From contig CM082578.2 in assembly GCA_040954595.2 (NCBI GenBank), forward strand, positions 8,541,519-8,605,518: a DNA stretch of 64,000 nt, in the 5' to 3' direction. This stretch comes from Balanoglossus misakiensis. Its lineage: Eukaryota > Animalia > Hemichordata. The translations under genes were made by a program, and so were the position numbers. The notes beneath the pieces were generated by a model. The model was not told where the DNA came from, searched no databases, and saw nothing but the letters and a program-made list of their open reading frames with translations. Shown piece by piece: positions 1 through 15,000 of the stretch (position 1 is the first letter of the stretch; each line of letters begins with the position of its first letter).

Positions 1-3000
1 TGACGATTTTCATGAGCTATAACCCATGATTTTTATCGAAAAATGAAGAATTTTTGATGTTTCGGAAAGTCGAAAAATTGTCATTTTTTGACGATTTTCA
101 TGAGCTATAACCCATGATTTTTATCGAAAAATGAAGAATTTTTGATGTTTCGGAAAGTCGAAAAATTGTCATTTTTTGACGATTTTCATGAGCTATAACC
201 CATGATTTTTATCGAAAAATGAAGAATTTTTGATGTTTCGGAAAGTCGAAAAATTGTCATTTTTTGACGATTTTCATGAGCTATAACCCATGATTTTTAT
301 CGAAAAATGAAGAATTTTTGATGTTTCGGAAAGTCGAAAAATTGTCATTTTTTGACGATTTTCATGAGCTATAACCCATGATTTTTATCGAAAAATGAAG
401 AATTTTTGATGTTTCGGAAAGTCGAAAAATTGTCATTTTTTGACGATTTTCATGAGCTATAACCCATGATTTTTATCGAAAAATGAAGAATTTTTGATGT
501 TTCGGAAAGTCGAAAAATTGTCATTTTTGACGATTTTCATGAGCTATAACCCATGATTTTTATCGAAAAATGAAGAATTTTTGATGTTTCGGAAAGTCGA
601 AAAATTGTCATTTTTTGACGATTTTCATGAGCTATAACCCATGATTTTTATCGAAAAATGAAGAATTTTTGATGTTTCGGAAAGTCGAAAAATTGTCATT
701 TTTTGACGATTTTCATGAGCTATAACCCATGATTTTTATCGAAAAATGAAGAATTTTTGATGTTTCGGAAAGTCGAAAAACTGTCATTTTTTGACGATTT
801 TCATGAGCTATAACCCATGATTTTTATCGAAAAATGAAGAATTTTTGATGTTTCGGATAGTCGAAAAACTGTCATTTTTTGACGATTTTCATGAGCTATA
901 ACCCATGATTTTTATCGAAAAATGAAGAAATTTTGATGTTTCGGAAAGTCGAAAAATTGTCATTTTTTGACGATTTTCATGAGCTATAACCCATGATTTT
1001 TATCGAAAAATGAAGAATTTTTGATGTTTCGGAAAGTCGAAAAATTGTCATTTTTTGACGATTTTCATGAGCTATAACCCATGATTTTTATCGAAAAATG
1101 AAGAATTTTTGATGTTTCGGAAAGTCGAAAAATTGTCATTTTTGACGATTTTCATGAGCTATAACCCATGATTTTTATCGAAAAATGAAGAATTTTTGAT
1201 GTTTCGGAAAGTCGAAAAATTGTCATTTTTTGACGATTTTCATGAGCTATAACCCATGATTTTTATCGAAAAATGAAGAATTTTTGATGTTTCGGAAAGT
1301 CGAAAAACTGTCATTTTTTGACGATTTTCATGAGCTATAACCCATGATTTTTATCGAAAAATGAAGAATTTTTGATGTTTCGGATAGTCGAAAAACTGTC
1401 ATTTTTTGACGATTTTCATGAGCTATAACCCATGATTTTTATCGAAAAATGAAGAAATTTTGATGTTTCGGAAAGTCGAAAAATTGTCATTTTTTGACGA
1501 TTTTCATGAGCTATAACCCATGATTTTTATCGAAAAATGAAGAATTTTTGATGTTTCGGAAAGTCGAAAAATTGTCATTTTTTGACGATTTTCATGAGCT
1601 ATAACCCATGATTTTTATCGAAAAATGAAGAATTTTTGATGTTTCGGAAAGTCGAAAAATTGTCATTTTTTGACGATTTTCATGAGCTATAACCCATGAT
1701 TTTTATCGAAAAATGAAGAATTTTTGATGTTTCGGAAAGTCGAAAAATTGTCATTTTTTGACGATTTTCATGAGCTATAACCCATGATTTTTATCGAAAA
1801 ATGAAGAATTTTTGATGTTTCGGAAAGTCCAAAAATTGTCATTTTTTGACGATTTTCATGAGCTATAACCCATGATTTTTATCGAAAAATGAAGAATTTT
1901 TGATGTTTCGGAAAGTCGAAAAATTGTCATTTTTTGACGATTTTCATGAGCTATAACCCATGATTTTTATCGAAAAATGAAGAATTTTTGATGTTTCGGA
2001 AAGTCGAAAAATTGTCATTTTTGACGATTTTCATGAGCTATAACCCATGATTTTTATCGAAAAATGAAGAATTTTTGATGTTTCGGAAAGTCGAAAAATT
2101 GTCATTTTTTGACGATTTTCATGAGCTATAACCCATGATTTTTATCGAAAAATGAAGAATTTTTGATGTTTCGGAACGTCGAAAAACTGTCATTTTTTGA
2201 CGATTTTCATGAGCTATAACCCATGATTTTTATCGAAAAATGAAGAATTTTTGATGTTTCGGAAAGTCGAAAAACTGTCATTTTTTGACGATTTTCATGA
2301 GCTATAACCCATGATTTTTATCAAAAAATGAAGAATTTTTGATGTTTCGGATAGTCGAAAAACTGTCATTTTTTGACGATTTTCATGAGCTATAACCCAT
2401 GATTTTTATCAAAAAATGAAGAAATTTTGATGTTTCGGAAAGTCGAAAAATTGTCATTTTTTGACGATTTTCATGAGCTATAACCCATGATTTTTATCGA
2501 AAAATGAAGAATTTTTGATGTTTCGGAAAGTCGAAAAATTGTCATTTTTTGACGATTTTCATGAGCTATAACCCATGATTTTTATCGAAAAATGAAGAAT
2601 TTTTGATGTTTCGGAAAGTCGAAAAATTGTCATTTTTTGACGATTTTCATGAGCTATAACCCATGATTTTTATCGAAAAATGAAGAATTTTTGATGTTTC
2701 GGAAAGTCGAAAAATTGTCATTTTTTGACGATTTTCATGAGCTATAACCCATGATTTTTATCGAAAAATGAAGAATTTTTGATGTTTCGGAAAGTCGAAA
2801 AATTGTCATTTTTTGACGATTTTCATGAGCTATAACCCATGATTTTTATCGAAAAATGAAGAATTTTTGATGTTTCGGAAAGTCCAAAAATTGTCATTTT
2901 TTGACGATTTTCATGAGCTATAACCCATGATTTTTATCGAAAAATGAAGAATTTTTGATGTTTCGGAAAGTCGAAAAATTGTCATTTTTTGACGATTTTC

Positions 3001-6000
3001 ATGAGCTATAACCCATGATTTTTATCGAAAAATGAAGAATTTTTGATGTTTCGGAAAGTCGAAAAATTGTCATTTTTTGTCGATTTTCATGAGCTATAAC
3101 CCATGATTTTTATCGAAAAATGAAGAATTTTTGATGTTTCGGAAAGTCGAAAAATTGTCATTTTTTGACGATTTTCATGAGCTATAACCCATGATTTTTA
3201 TCGAAAAATGAAGAATTTTTGATGTTTCGGAAAGTCGAAAAATTGTCATTTTTTGACGATTTTCAGGAGCTATAACCCATGATTTTTATCGAAAAATGAA
3301 GAATTTTTGATGTTTCGGAAAGTCGAAAAATTGTCATTTTTTGACGATTTTCATGAGCTATAACCCATGATTTTTATCGAAAAATGAAGAATTTTTGATG
3401 TTTCGGAAAGTCGAAAAATTGTCATTTTTTGACGATTTTCATGAGCTATAACCCATGATTTTTATCGAAAAATGAAGAATTTTTGATGTTTCGGAAAGTC
3501 GAAAAATTGTCATTTTTTGACGATTTTCATGAGCTATAACCCATGATTTTTATCGAAAAATGAAGAATTTTTGATGTTTCGGAAAGTCGAAAAATTGTCA
3601 TTTTTTGACGATTTTCAAGAGCTGTAACCCATGATTTTTATCGAAAAATGAAGAATTTTTGATGTTTCGGAAAGTCGAAAAATTGTCATTTTTTGACGAT
3701 TTTCATGAGCTATAACCCATGATTTTTATCGAAAAATGAAGAATTTTTGATGTTTCGGAAAGTCGAAAAATTGTCATTTTTTGACGATTTTCATGAGCTA
3801 TAACCCATGATTTTTATCGAAAAATGAAGAATTTTTGATGTTTCGGAAAGTCGAAAAATTGTCATTTTTTGACGATTTTCATGAGCTATACCCATGATTT
3901 TTATCAAAAAATTAAGAATTTTTGATGTTTCGGAAAGTCGAAAAATTGTCATTTTTTGACGATTTTCATGAGCTATAACCCATGATTTTTATCAAAAAAT
4001 GAAGAATTTTTGATGTTTCGGAAAGTCGAAAATTTGTCATTTTTTGACGATTTTCATGAGCTATAACCCATGATTTTTATCAAAAAAATGAAGTATTTTT
4101 GATGTTTCGGAAAGTCGTAAAATTGTCATTTTTTGACGACTTTCATGAGCTATAACCCATGATTTTTATCAAAAAAATGAAGAATTTTTGATGTTTCGGA
4201 AAGTCGAAAAATTGTCATTTTTTGACGACTTTCATGAGCTATAACCCATGATTTTTATCAAGAAATGAAGAATTTTTGATGTTTCGGTAAGTCAAAAAAT
4301 TGTCATTTTTTGACGATTTTCATGAGCTATAACCCATGATTTTTATCAAAAAATGAAGAATTTTTGATGTTTCGGAAAGTCGAAAAATTGTCATTTTTTG
4401 ACGATTTTCATGAGCTATAACCCATGATTTTTATCAAAAAATGAAGAATTTTTGATGTTTCGGAAAGTCGAAAAATTGTCATTTTTTGACGATTTTCATG
4501 AGCTATAACCCATGATTTTTATCAAAAAATGAAGAATTTTTGATGTTTCGGAAAGTCGAAAAATTGTCATTTTTTGACGATTTTCATGAGCTATAACCCA
4601 TGATTTTTATCAAAAAATGAAGAATTTTTGATGTTTCGGAAAGTCGAAAAATTGTCATTTTTGACGATTTTCATGAGCTATAACCCATGATTTTTATCAA
4701 AAAATGAAGAATTTTTGATGTTTCGGAAAGTCGAAAAATTGTCAATTTTTGACGATTTTCATGAGCTATAACCCATGATTTTTATCAAAAAATGAAGAAT
4801 TTTTGATGTTTCGGAAAGTCGAAAAATTGTCATTTTTTGACGATTTTCATGAGCTATAACCCATGATTTTTATCAAAAAATGAAGAATTTTTGATGTTTC
4901 GGAAAGTCGAAAAATTGTCATTTTTTGACGATTTTCATGAGCTATAACCCATGATTTTTATCAAAAAATGAAGAATTTTTGATGTTTCGGAAAGTCGAAA
5001 AATTGTCATTTTTTGACGATTTTCATGGGCTATAACCCATGATTTTTATCAAAAAATGAAGAATTTTTGATGGTTCGGAAAGTCGAAAAATTGTCATTTT
5101 TTGACGATTTTCATGGGCTATAACCCATGATTTTTATCAAAAAATGAAGAATTTTTGATGTTTCGGAAAGTCGAAAAATTGTCATTTTTTGACGATTTTC
5201 ATGAGCTATAACCCATGATTTTTATCAAAAAATGAAGAATTTTTGATGTTTCGGAAAGTCGAAAAATTGTCATTTTTTGACGATTTTCATGAGCTATAAC
5301 CCATGATTTTTATCAAAAATTGAAGAATTTATGATGTTTCGGAAAGTCGAAAAATTGTCATTTTTTGACGATTTTCATGAGCTATAACCCATGATTTTTA
5401 TCAAAAAATGAAGAATTTTTGATGTTTCGGAAAGTCGAAAAATTGTCATTTTTTGACGATTTTCATGAGCTATAACCCATGATTTTTATCAAAAAATGAA
5501 GAATTTTTGATGTTTCGGAAAGTCGAAAAATTGTCATTTTTTGACGATTTTCATGAGCTATAACCCATGATTTTTATCAAAAAATGAAGAATTTTTGATG
5601 TTTCGGAAAGTCGAAAAATTGTCATTTTTTGACGATTTTCATGAGCTATAACCCATGATTTTTATCAAAAAATGAAGAATTTTTGATGTTTCGGAAAGTC
5701 GAAAAATTGTCATTTTTTGACGATTTTCATGAGCTATAACCCATGCTTTTTATCAAAAAAATGAAGTATTTTTGATGTTTCGGAAAGTCGTAAAATTGTC
5801 ATTTTTTGACGATTTTCATGAGCTATAACCCATGATTTTTATCAAAAAAATGAAGTATTTTTGATGTTTCGGAAAGTCGTAAAATTGTCATTTTTTGACG
5901 ATTTTCATGAGCTATAACCCATGATTTTTATCAAAAAAATGAAGAATTTTTGATGTTTCGGAAAGTCGAAAAATTTTCATTTTTTGACGATTTTCATGAG

Positions 6001-9000
6001 CTATAACCCATGATTTTTATCAAAAAAATGAAGAATTTTTGATGTTTCGGAAAGTCGAAAAATTGTCATTTTTTGACGATTTTCATGAGCTATAACCCAT
6101 GATTTTTATCAAAAAAATGAAGAATTTTTGATGTTTCGGAAAGTCGAAAAATTGTCATTTTTTGACGATTTTCATGAGCTATAACCCATGATTTTTATCA
6201 AAAAAATGAAGAATTTTTGATGTTTCGGAAAGTCGAAAAATTGTCATTTTTTGACGATTTTCATGAGCTATAACCCATGATTTTTATCAAAAAATGAAGA
6301 ATTTTTGATGTTTCGGAAAGTCGAAAAATTGTCATTTTTTGACGATTTTCATGAGCTATAACCCATGATTTTTATCAAAAAATGAAGAATTTTTGATGTT
6401 TCGGAAAGTCGAAAAATTGTCATTTTTTGACGATTTTCATGGGCTATAACCCATGATTTTTATCAAAAAATGAAGAATTTTTGATGGTTCGGAAAGTCGA
6501 AAAATTGTCATTTTTTGACGATTTTCATGGGCTATAACCCATGATTTTTATCAAAAAATGAAGAATTTTTGATGTTTCGGAAAGTCGAAAAATTGTCATT
6601 TTTTGACGATTTTCATGAGCTATAACCCATGATTTTTATCAAAAAAATGAAGAATTTTTGATGTTTCGGAAAGTCGAAAAATTGTCATTTTTTGACGATT
6701 TTCATGAGCTATAACCCATGATTTTTATCAAAAAATGAAGAATTTTTGATGTTTCGGAAAGTCGAAAAATTGTCATTTTTTGACGATTTTCATGAGCTAT
6801 AACCCATGATTTTTATCAAAAAATGAAGAATTTTTGATGTTTCGGAAAGTCGAAAAATTGTCATTTTTTGACGATTTTCATGAGCTATAACCCATGATTT
6901 TTATCAAAAAATGAAGAATTTTTGATGTTTCGGAAAGTCGAAAAATTGTCATTTTTTGACGATTTTCATGAGCTATAACCCATGATTTTTATCAAAAAAT
7001 GAAGAATTTTTGATGTTTCGGAAAGTCGAAAAATTGTCATTTTTTGACGATTTTCATGAGCTATAACCCATGATTTTTATCAAAAAATGAAGAATTTTTG
7101 ATGTTTCGGAAAGTCGAAAAATTGTCATTTTTTGACGATTTTCATGAGCTATAACCCATGATTTTTATCAAAAAAATGAAGTATTTTTGATGTTTCGGAA
7201 AGTCGTAAAATTGTCATTTTTTGACGATTTTCATGAGCTATAACCCATGATTTTTATCAAAAAAATGAAGAATTTTTGATGTTTCGGAAAGTCGAAAAAT
7301 TTTCATTTTTTGACGATTTTCATGAGCTATAACCCATGATTTTTATCAAAAAAATGAAGAATTTTTGATGTTTCGGAAAGTCGAAAAATTGTCATTTTTT
7401 GACGATTTTCATGAGCTATAACCCATGATTTTTATCAAAAAAATGAAGAATTTTTGATGTTTCGGAAAGTCGAAAAATTGTCATTTTTTGACGATTTTCA
7501 TGAGCTATAACCCATGATTTTTATCAAAAAAATGAAGAATTTTTGATGTTTCGGAAAGTCGAAAAATTGTCATTTTTTGACGATTTTCATGGGCTATAAC
7601 CCATGATTTTTATCAAAAAATGAAGAATTTTTGATGTTTCGGAAAGTCGAAAAATTGTCATTTTTTGACGATTTTCATGGGCTATAACCCATGATTTTTA
7701 TCAAAAAATGAAGAATTTTTGATGGTTCGGAAAGTCGAAAAATTGTCATTTTTTGACGATTTTCATGGGCTATAACCCATGATTTTTATCAAAAAATGAA
7801 GAATTTTTGATGGTTCGGAAAGTCGAAAAATTGTCATTTTTTGACGATTTTCATGGGCTATAACCCATGATTTTTATCAAAAAATGAAGAATTTTTGATG
7901 TTTCAGAAAGTCGAAAAATTGTCATTTTTTGACGATTTTCATGAGCTATAACCCATGATTTTTATCAAAAAATGAAGAATTTTTGATGTTTCGGAAAGTC
8001 GAAAAATTGTCATTTTTTGACGATTTTCATGAGCTATAACCCATGATTTTTATCAAAAAATGAAGAATTTTTGATGTTTCGGAAAGTCGAAAAATTGTCA
8101 TTTTTTGACGATTTTCATGAGCTATAACCCATGATTTTTATCAAAAAATGAAGAATTTTTGATGTTTCGGAAAGTCGAAAAATTGTCATTTTTTGACGAT
8201 TTTCATGAGCTATAACCCATGATTTTTATCAAAAAAATGAAGTATTTTTGATGTTTCGGAAAGTCGTAAAATTGTCATTTTTTGACGATTTTCATGAGCT
8301 ATAACCCATGATTTTTATCAAAAAAATGAAGAATTTTTGATGTTTCGGAAAGTCGAAAAATTTTCATTTTTTGACGATTTTCATGAGCTATAACCCATGA
8401 TTTTTATCAAAAAAATGAAGAATTTTTGATGTTTCGGAAAGTCGAAAAATTGTCATTTTTTGACGATTTTCATGAGCTATAACCCATGATTTTTATCAAA
8501 AAAATGAAGAATTTTTGATGTTTCGGAAAGTCGAAAAATTGTCATTTTTTGACGATTTTCATGAGCTATAACCCATGATTTTTATCAAAAAATGAAGAAT
8601 TTTTGATGTTTCGGAAAGTCGAAAAATTGTCATTTTTTGACGATTTTCATGGGCTATAACCCATGATTTTTATCAAAAAATGAAGAATTTTTGATGTTTC
8701 GGAAAGTCGAAAAATTGTCATTTTTTGACGATTTTCATGGGCTATAACCCATGATTTTTATCAAAAAATGAAGAATTTTTGATGGTTCGGAAAGTCGAAA
8801 AATTGTCATTTTTTGACGATTTTCATGGGCTATAACCCATGATTTTTATCAAAAAATGAAGAATTTTTGATGGTTCGGAAAGTCGAAAAATTGTCATTTT
8901 TTGACGATTTTCATGGGCTATAACCCATGATTTTTATCAAAAAATGAAGAATTTTTGATGTTTCAGAAAGTCGAAAAATTGTCATTTTTTGACGATTTTC

Positions 9001-12000
9001 ATGAGCTATAACCCATGATTTTTATCAAAAAATGAAGAATTTTTGATGTTTCGGAAAGTCGAAAAATTGTCATTTTTTGACGATTTTCATGAGCTATAAC
9101 CCATGATTTTTATCAAAAAATGAAGAATTTTTGATGTTTCGGAAAGTCGAAAAATTGTCATTTTTTGACGATTTTCATGAGCTATAACCCATGATTTTTA
9201 TCAAAAAATGAAGAATTTTTGATGTTTCGGAAAGTCGAAAAATTGTCATTTTTTGACGATTTTCATGAGCTATAACCCATGATTTTTATCAAAAAATGGA
9301 GAATTTTTGATGTTTCGGAAAGTCGAAAAATTGTCATTTTTTGACGATTTTCATGAGCTATAACCCATGATTTTTATCAAAAAATGAAGAATTTTTGATG
9401 TTTCGGAAAGTCGAAAAATTGTCATTTTTTGACGATTTTCATGAGCTATAACCCATGATTTTTATCAAAAAATGAAGAATTTTTGATGTTTCGGAAAGTC
9501 GAAAAATTGTCATTTTTTGACGATTTTCATGAGCTATAACCCATGATTTTTATCAAAAAATGAAGAATTTTTGATGGTTCGGAAAGTCGAAAAATTGTCA
9601 TTTTTTGACGATTTTCATGAGCTATAACCCATGATTTTTATCAAAAAATGAAGAATTTTTGATGGTTCGGAAAGTCGAAAAATTGTCATTTTTTGACGAT
9701 TTTCATGGGCTATAACCCATGATTTTTATCAAAAAATGAAGAATTTTTGATGTTTCGGAAAGTCGAAAAATTGTCATTTTTTGACGATTTTCATGAGCTA
9801 TAACCCATGATTTTTATCAAAAAATGAAGAATTTTTGATGTTTCGGAAAGTCGAAAAATTGTCATTTTTTGACGATTTTCATGAGCTATAACCCATGATT
9901 TTTATCAAAAAATGAAGAATTTTTGATGTTTCGGAAAGTCGAAAAATTGTCATTTTTTGACGATTTTCATGAGCTATAACCCATGATTTTTATCAAAAAT
10001 TGAAGAATTTATGATGTTTCGGAAAGTCGAAAAATTGTCATTTTTTGACGATTTTCATGAGCTATAATCCATGATTTTTATCAAAAAATGGAGAATTTTT
10101 GATGTTTCGGAAAGTCGAAAAATTGTCATTTTTGACGATTTTCATGAGCTATAACCCATGATTTATATCAAAAAATGAAGAATTTTTGATGTTTCGGAAA
10201 GTCGAAAAATTGTCATTTTTTGACGATTTTCATGAGCTATAACCCATGATTTTTATCAAAAAAATGAAGTATTTTTGATGTTTCGGAAAGTCGTAAAATT
10301 GTCATTTTTTGACGATTTTCATGAGCTATAACCCATGATTTTTATCAAAAAAATGAAGAATTTTTGATGTTTCGGAAAGTCGTAAAATTGTCATTTTTTG
10401 ACGATTTTCATGAGCTATAACCCATGATTTTTATCAAAAAATGAAGAATTTTTGATGTTTCGGAAAGTCGAAAAATTGTCATTTTTTGACGATTTTCATG
10501 AGCTATAACCCATGATTTTTATCAAAAAATGAAGAATTTTTGATGTTTCGGAAAGTCGAAAAATTGTCATTTTTTGACGATTTTCATGAGCTATAAGCCA
10601 TGATTTTTATCAAAAAATGAAGAATTTTTGATGGTTCGGAAAGTCGAAAAATTGTCATTTTTGACGATTTTCATGGGCTATAACCCATGATTTTTATCAA
10701 AAAAAGAAGAATTTTTGATGGTTCGGAAAGTCGAAAAATTGTCATTTTTTGACGATTTTCATGGGCTATAACCCATGATTTTTATCAAAAAATGAAGAAT
10801 TTTTGATGTTTCGGAAAGTCGAAAAATTGTCATTTTTTGACGATTTTCATGAGCTATAACCCATGATTTTTATCAAAAAATGAAGAATTTTTGATGTTTC
10901 GGAAAGTCGAAAAATTGTCATTTTTTGACGATTTTCATGAGCTATAACCCATGATTTTATCAAAAATTGAAGAATTTATGATGTTTCGGAAAGTCGAAAA
11001 ATTGTCATTTTTTTGACGATTTTCATGAGCTATAACCCATGATTTTTATCAAAAAATGGAGAATTTTTGATGTTTCGGAAAGTCGAAAAATTGTCATTTT
11101 TTGACGATTTTCATGAGCTATAACCCATGATTTTTATCAAAAATGAAGAATTTTTGATGTTTCGGAAAGTCGAAAAATTGTCATTTTTTGACGATTTTCA
11201 TGAGCTATAACCCATGATTTTTATCAAAAAATGAAGAATTTTTGATGTTTCGGAAAGTCGAAAAATTGTCATTTTTTGACGATTTTCATGAGCTATAACC
11301 CATGATTTTTATCAAAAAATGAAGAATTTTTGATGTTTCGGAAAGTCGAAAAATTGTCATTTTTTGACGATTTTCATGAGCTATAACCCCATGATTTTTA
11401 TCAAAAAATGAAGAATTTTTGATGTTTCGGAAAGTCGAAAAATTGTCATTTTTTGACGATTTTCATGAGCTATAACCCATGATTTTTATCAAAAATTGAA
11501 GAATTTATGATGTTTCGGAAAGTCGAAAAATTGTCATTTTTTGACGATTTTCATGAGCTATAACCCATGATTTTTATCAAAAAATGGAGAATTTTTGATG
11601 TTTCGGAAAGTCGAAAAATTGTCATTTTTTGACGATTTTCATGAGCTATAACCCATGATTTTTATCAAAAAATGAAGAATTTTTGATGTTTCGGGAAAGT
11701 CGAAAAATTGTCATTTTTTGACGATTTTCATGAGCTATAACCCATGATTTTTATCAAAAAATGAAGAATTTTTGATGTTTCGGAAAGTCGAAAAATTGTC
11801 ATTTTTTGACGATTTTCATGAGCTATAACCCATGATTTTTATCAAAAAATGAAGAATTTTTGATGTTTCGGAAAGTCGAAAAATTGTCATTTTTTGACGA
11901 TTTTCATGAGCTATAACCCATGATTTTTATCAAAAAATGAAGAATTTTTGATGTTTCGGAAAGTCGAAAAATTGTCATTTTTTGACGATTTTCATGAGCT

Positions 12001-15000
12001 ATAACCCATGATTTTTATCAAAAAATGAAGAATTTTTGATGTTTCGGAAAGTCGAAAAATTGTCATTTTTTGACGATTTTCATGAGCTATAACCCATGAT
12101 TTTTATCAAAAAATGAAGAATTTTTGATGTTTCGGAAAGTCGAAAAATTGTCATTTTTTGACGATTTTCATGAGCTATAACCCATGATTTTTATCAAAAA
12201 ATGAAGAATTTTTGATGGTTCGGAAAGTCGAAAAATTGTCATTTTTTGACGATTTTCATGGGCTATAACCCATGATTTTTATCAAAAATGAAGAATTTTT
12301 GATGTTTCGGAAAGTCGAAAAATTGTCATTTTTTGACGATTTTCATGAGCTATAACCCATGATTTTTATCAAAAAATGAAGAATTTTTGATGTTTCGGAA
12401 AGTCGAAAAATTGTCATTTTTTGACGATTTTCATGAGCTATAACCCATGATTTTTATCAAAAAATGAAGAATTTTTGATGTTTCGGAAAGTCGAAAAATT
12501 GTCATTTTTTGACGATTTTCATGAGCTATAACCCATGATTTTTATCAAAAATTGAAGAATTTATGATGTTTCGGAAAGTCGAAAAATTGTCATTTTTTGA
12601 CGATTTTCATGAGCTATAATCCATGATTTTTATCAAAAAATGGAGAATTTTTGATGTTTCGGAAAGTCGAAAAATTGTCATTTTTTGACGATTTTCATGA
12701 GCTATAACCCATGATTTATATCAAAAAATGAAGAATTTTTGATGTTTCGGAAAGTCGAAAAATTGTCATTTTTTGACGATTTTCATGAGCTATAACCCAT
12801 GATTTTTATCAAAAAAATGAAGTATTTTTGATGTTTCGGAAAGTCGTAAAATTGTCATTTTTTGACGATTTTCATGAGCTATAACCCATGATTTTTATCA
12901 AAAAAATGAAGAATTTTTGATGTTTCGGAAAGTCGTAAAATTGTCATTTTTTGACGATTTTCATGAGCTATAACCCATGATTTTTATCAAAAAAATGAAG
13001 AATTTTTGATGTTTCGGAAAGTCGAAAAATTGTCATTTTTTGACGATTTTCATGAGCTATAACCCATGATTTTTTATCAAAAAATGAAGAATTTTTGATG
13101 TTTCGGAAAGTCGAAAAATTGTCATTTTTTGACGATCTTCATGAGCTATAAGCCATGATTTTTATCAAAAAATGAAGAATTTTTGATGGTTCGGAAAGTC
13201 GAAAAATTGTCATTTTTTGACGATTTTCATGGGCTATAACCCATGATTTTTATCAAAAAAGAAGAATTTTTGATGGTTCGGAAAGTCGAAAAATTGTCAT
13301 TTTTTGACGATTTTCATGGGCTATAACCCATGATTTTTATCAAAAAATGAAGAATTTTTGATGTTTCGGAAAGTCGAAAAATTGTCATTTTTTGACGATT
13401 TTCATGAGCTATAACCCATGATTTTTATCAAAAAATGAAGAATTTTTGATGTTTCGGAAAGTCGAAAAATTGTCATTTTTTGACGATTTTCATGAGCTAT
13501 AACCCATGATTTTTATCAAAAATTGAAGAATTTATGATGTTTCGGAAAGTCGAAAAATTGTCATTTTTTGACGATTTTCATGAGCTATAACCCATGATTT
13601 TTATCAAAAAATGGAGAATTTTTGATGTTTCGGAAAGTCGAAAAATTGTCATTTTTTGACGATTTTCATGAGCTATAACCCATGATTTTTATCAAAAAAT
13701 GAAGAATTTTTGATGTTTCGGAAAGTCGAAAAATTGTCATTTTTTGACGATTTTCATGAGCTATAACCCATGATTTTTATCAAAAAATGAAGAATTTTTG
13801 ATGTTTCGGAAAGTCGAAAAATTGTCATTTTTTGACGATTTTCATGAGCTATAACCCATGATTTTTATCAAAAAATGAAGAATTTTTGATGTTTCGGAAA
13901 GTCGAAAAATTGTCATTTTTTGACGATTTTCATGAGCTATAACCCATGATTTTTATCAAAAAATGAAGAATTTTTGATGTTTCGGAAAGTCGAAAAATTG
14001 TCATTTTTTGACGATTTTCATGAGCTATAACCCATGATTTTTATCAAAAAATGAAGAATTTTTGATGTTTCGGAAAGTCGAAAAATTGTCATTTTTTGAC
14101 GATTTTCATGAGCTATAACCCATGATTTTTATCAAAAAATGAAGAATTTTTGATGTTTCGGAAAGTCGAAAAATTGTCATTTTTTGACGATTTTCATGAG
14201 CTATAACCCATGATTTTTATCAAAAAATGAAGAATTTTTGATGTTTCGGAAAGTCGAAAAATTGTCATTTTTTGACGATTTTCATGAGCTATAACCCATG
14301 ATTTTTATCAAAAAATGAAGAATTTTTGATGTTTCGGAAAGTCGAAAAATTGTCATTTTTTGACGATTTTCATGAGCTATAACCCATGATTTTTATCAAA
14401 AAATGAAGAATTTTTGATGTTTCGGAAAGTCGAAAAATTGTCATTTTTTGACGATTTTCATGAGCTATAACCCATGATTTTTATCAAAAAATGAAGAATT
14501 TTTGATGTTTCGGAAAGTCGAAAAATTGTCATTTTTTGACGATTTTCATGGGCTATAACCCATGATTTTTATCAAAAAATGAAGAATTTTTGATGTTTCG
14601 GAAAGTCGAAAAATTGTCATTTTTTGACGATTTTCATGGGCTATAACCCATGATTTTTATCAAAAAATGAAGAATTTTTGATGTTTCGGAAAGTCGAAAA
14701 ATTGTCATTTTTTGACGATTTTCATGAGCTATAACCCATGATTTTTATCAAAAAATGAAGAATTTTTGATGTTTCGGAAAGTCGAAAAATTGTCATTTTT
14801 TGACGATTTTCATGGGCTATAACCCATGATTTTTATCAAAAAATGAAGAATTTTTGATGTTTCGGAAAGTCGAAAAATTGTCATTTTTTGACGATTTTCA
14901 TGAGCTATAACCCATGATTTTTATCAAAAAATGAAGAATTTTTGATGTTTCGGAAAGTCGAAAAATTGTCATTTTTTGACGATTTTCATGAGCTATAACC

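Noticed and set aside
20-25. TAACCC telomere-like hexamer in each satellite monomer
   Set aside because: It is a single hexamer per 88 bp and never tandem; too short to support a telomeric origin.
10900-11720. Cluster of one-base homopolymer length variants (e.g. ATAACCCC, TCGGGAAA)
   Set aside because: They are absent from the 29-mer duplicate of this block and typical of long-read consensus error, so I did not treat them as biology.
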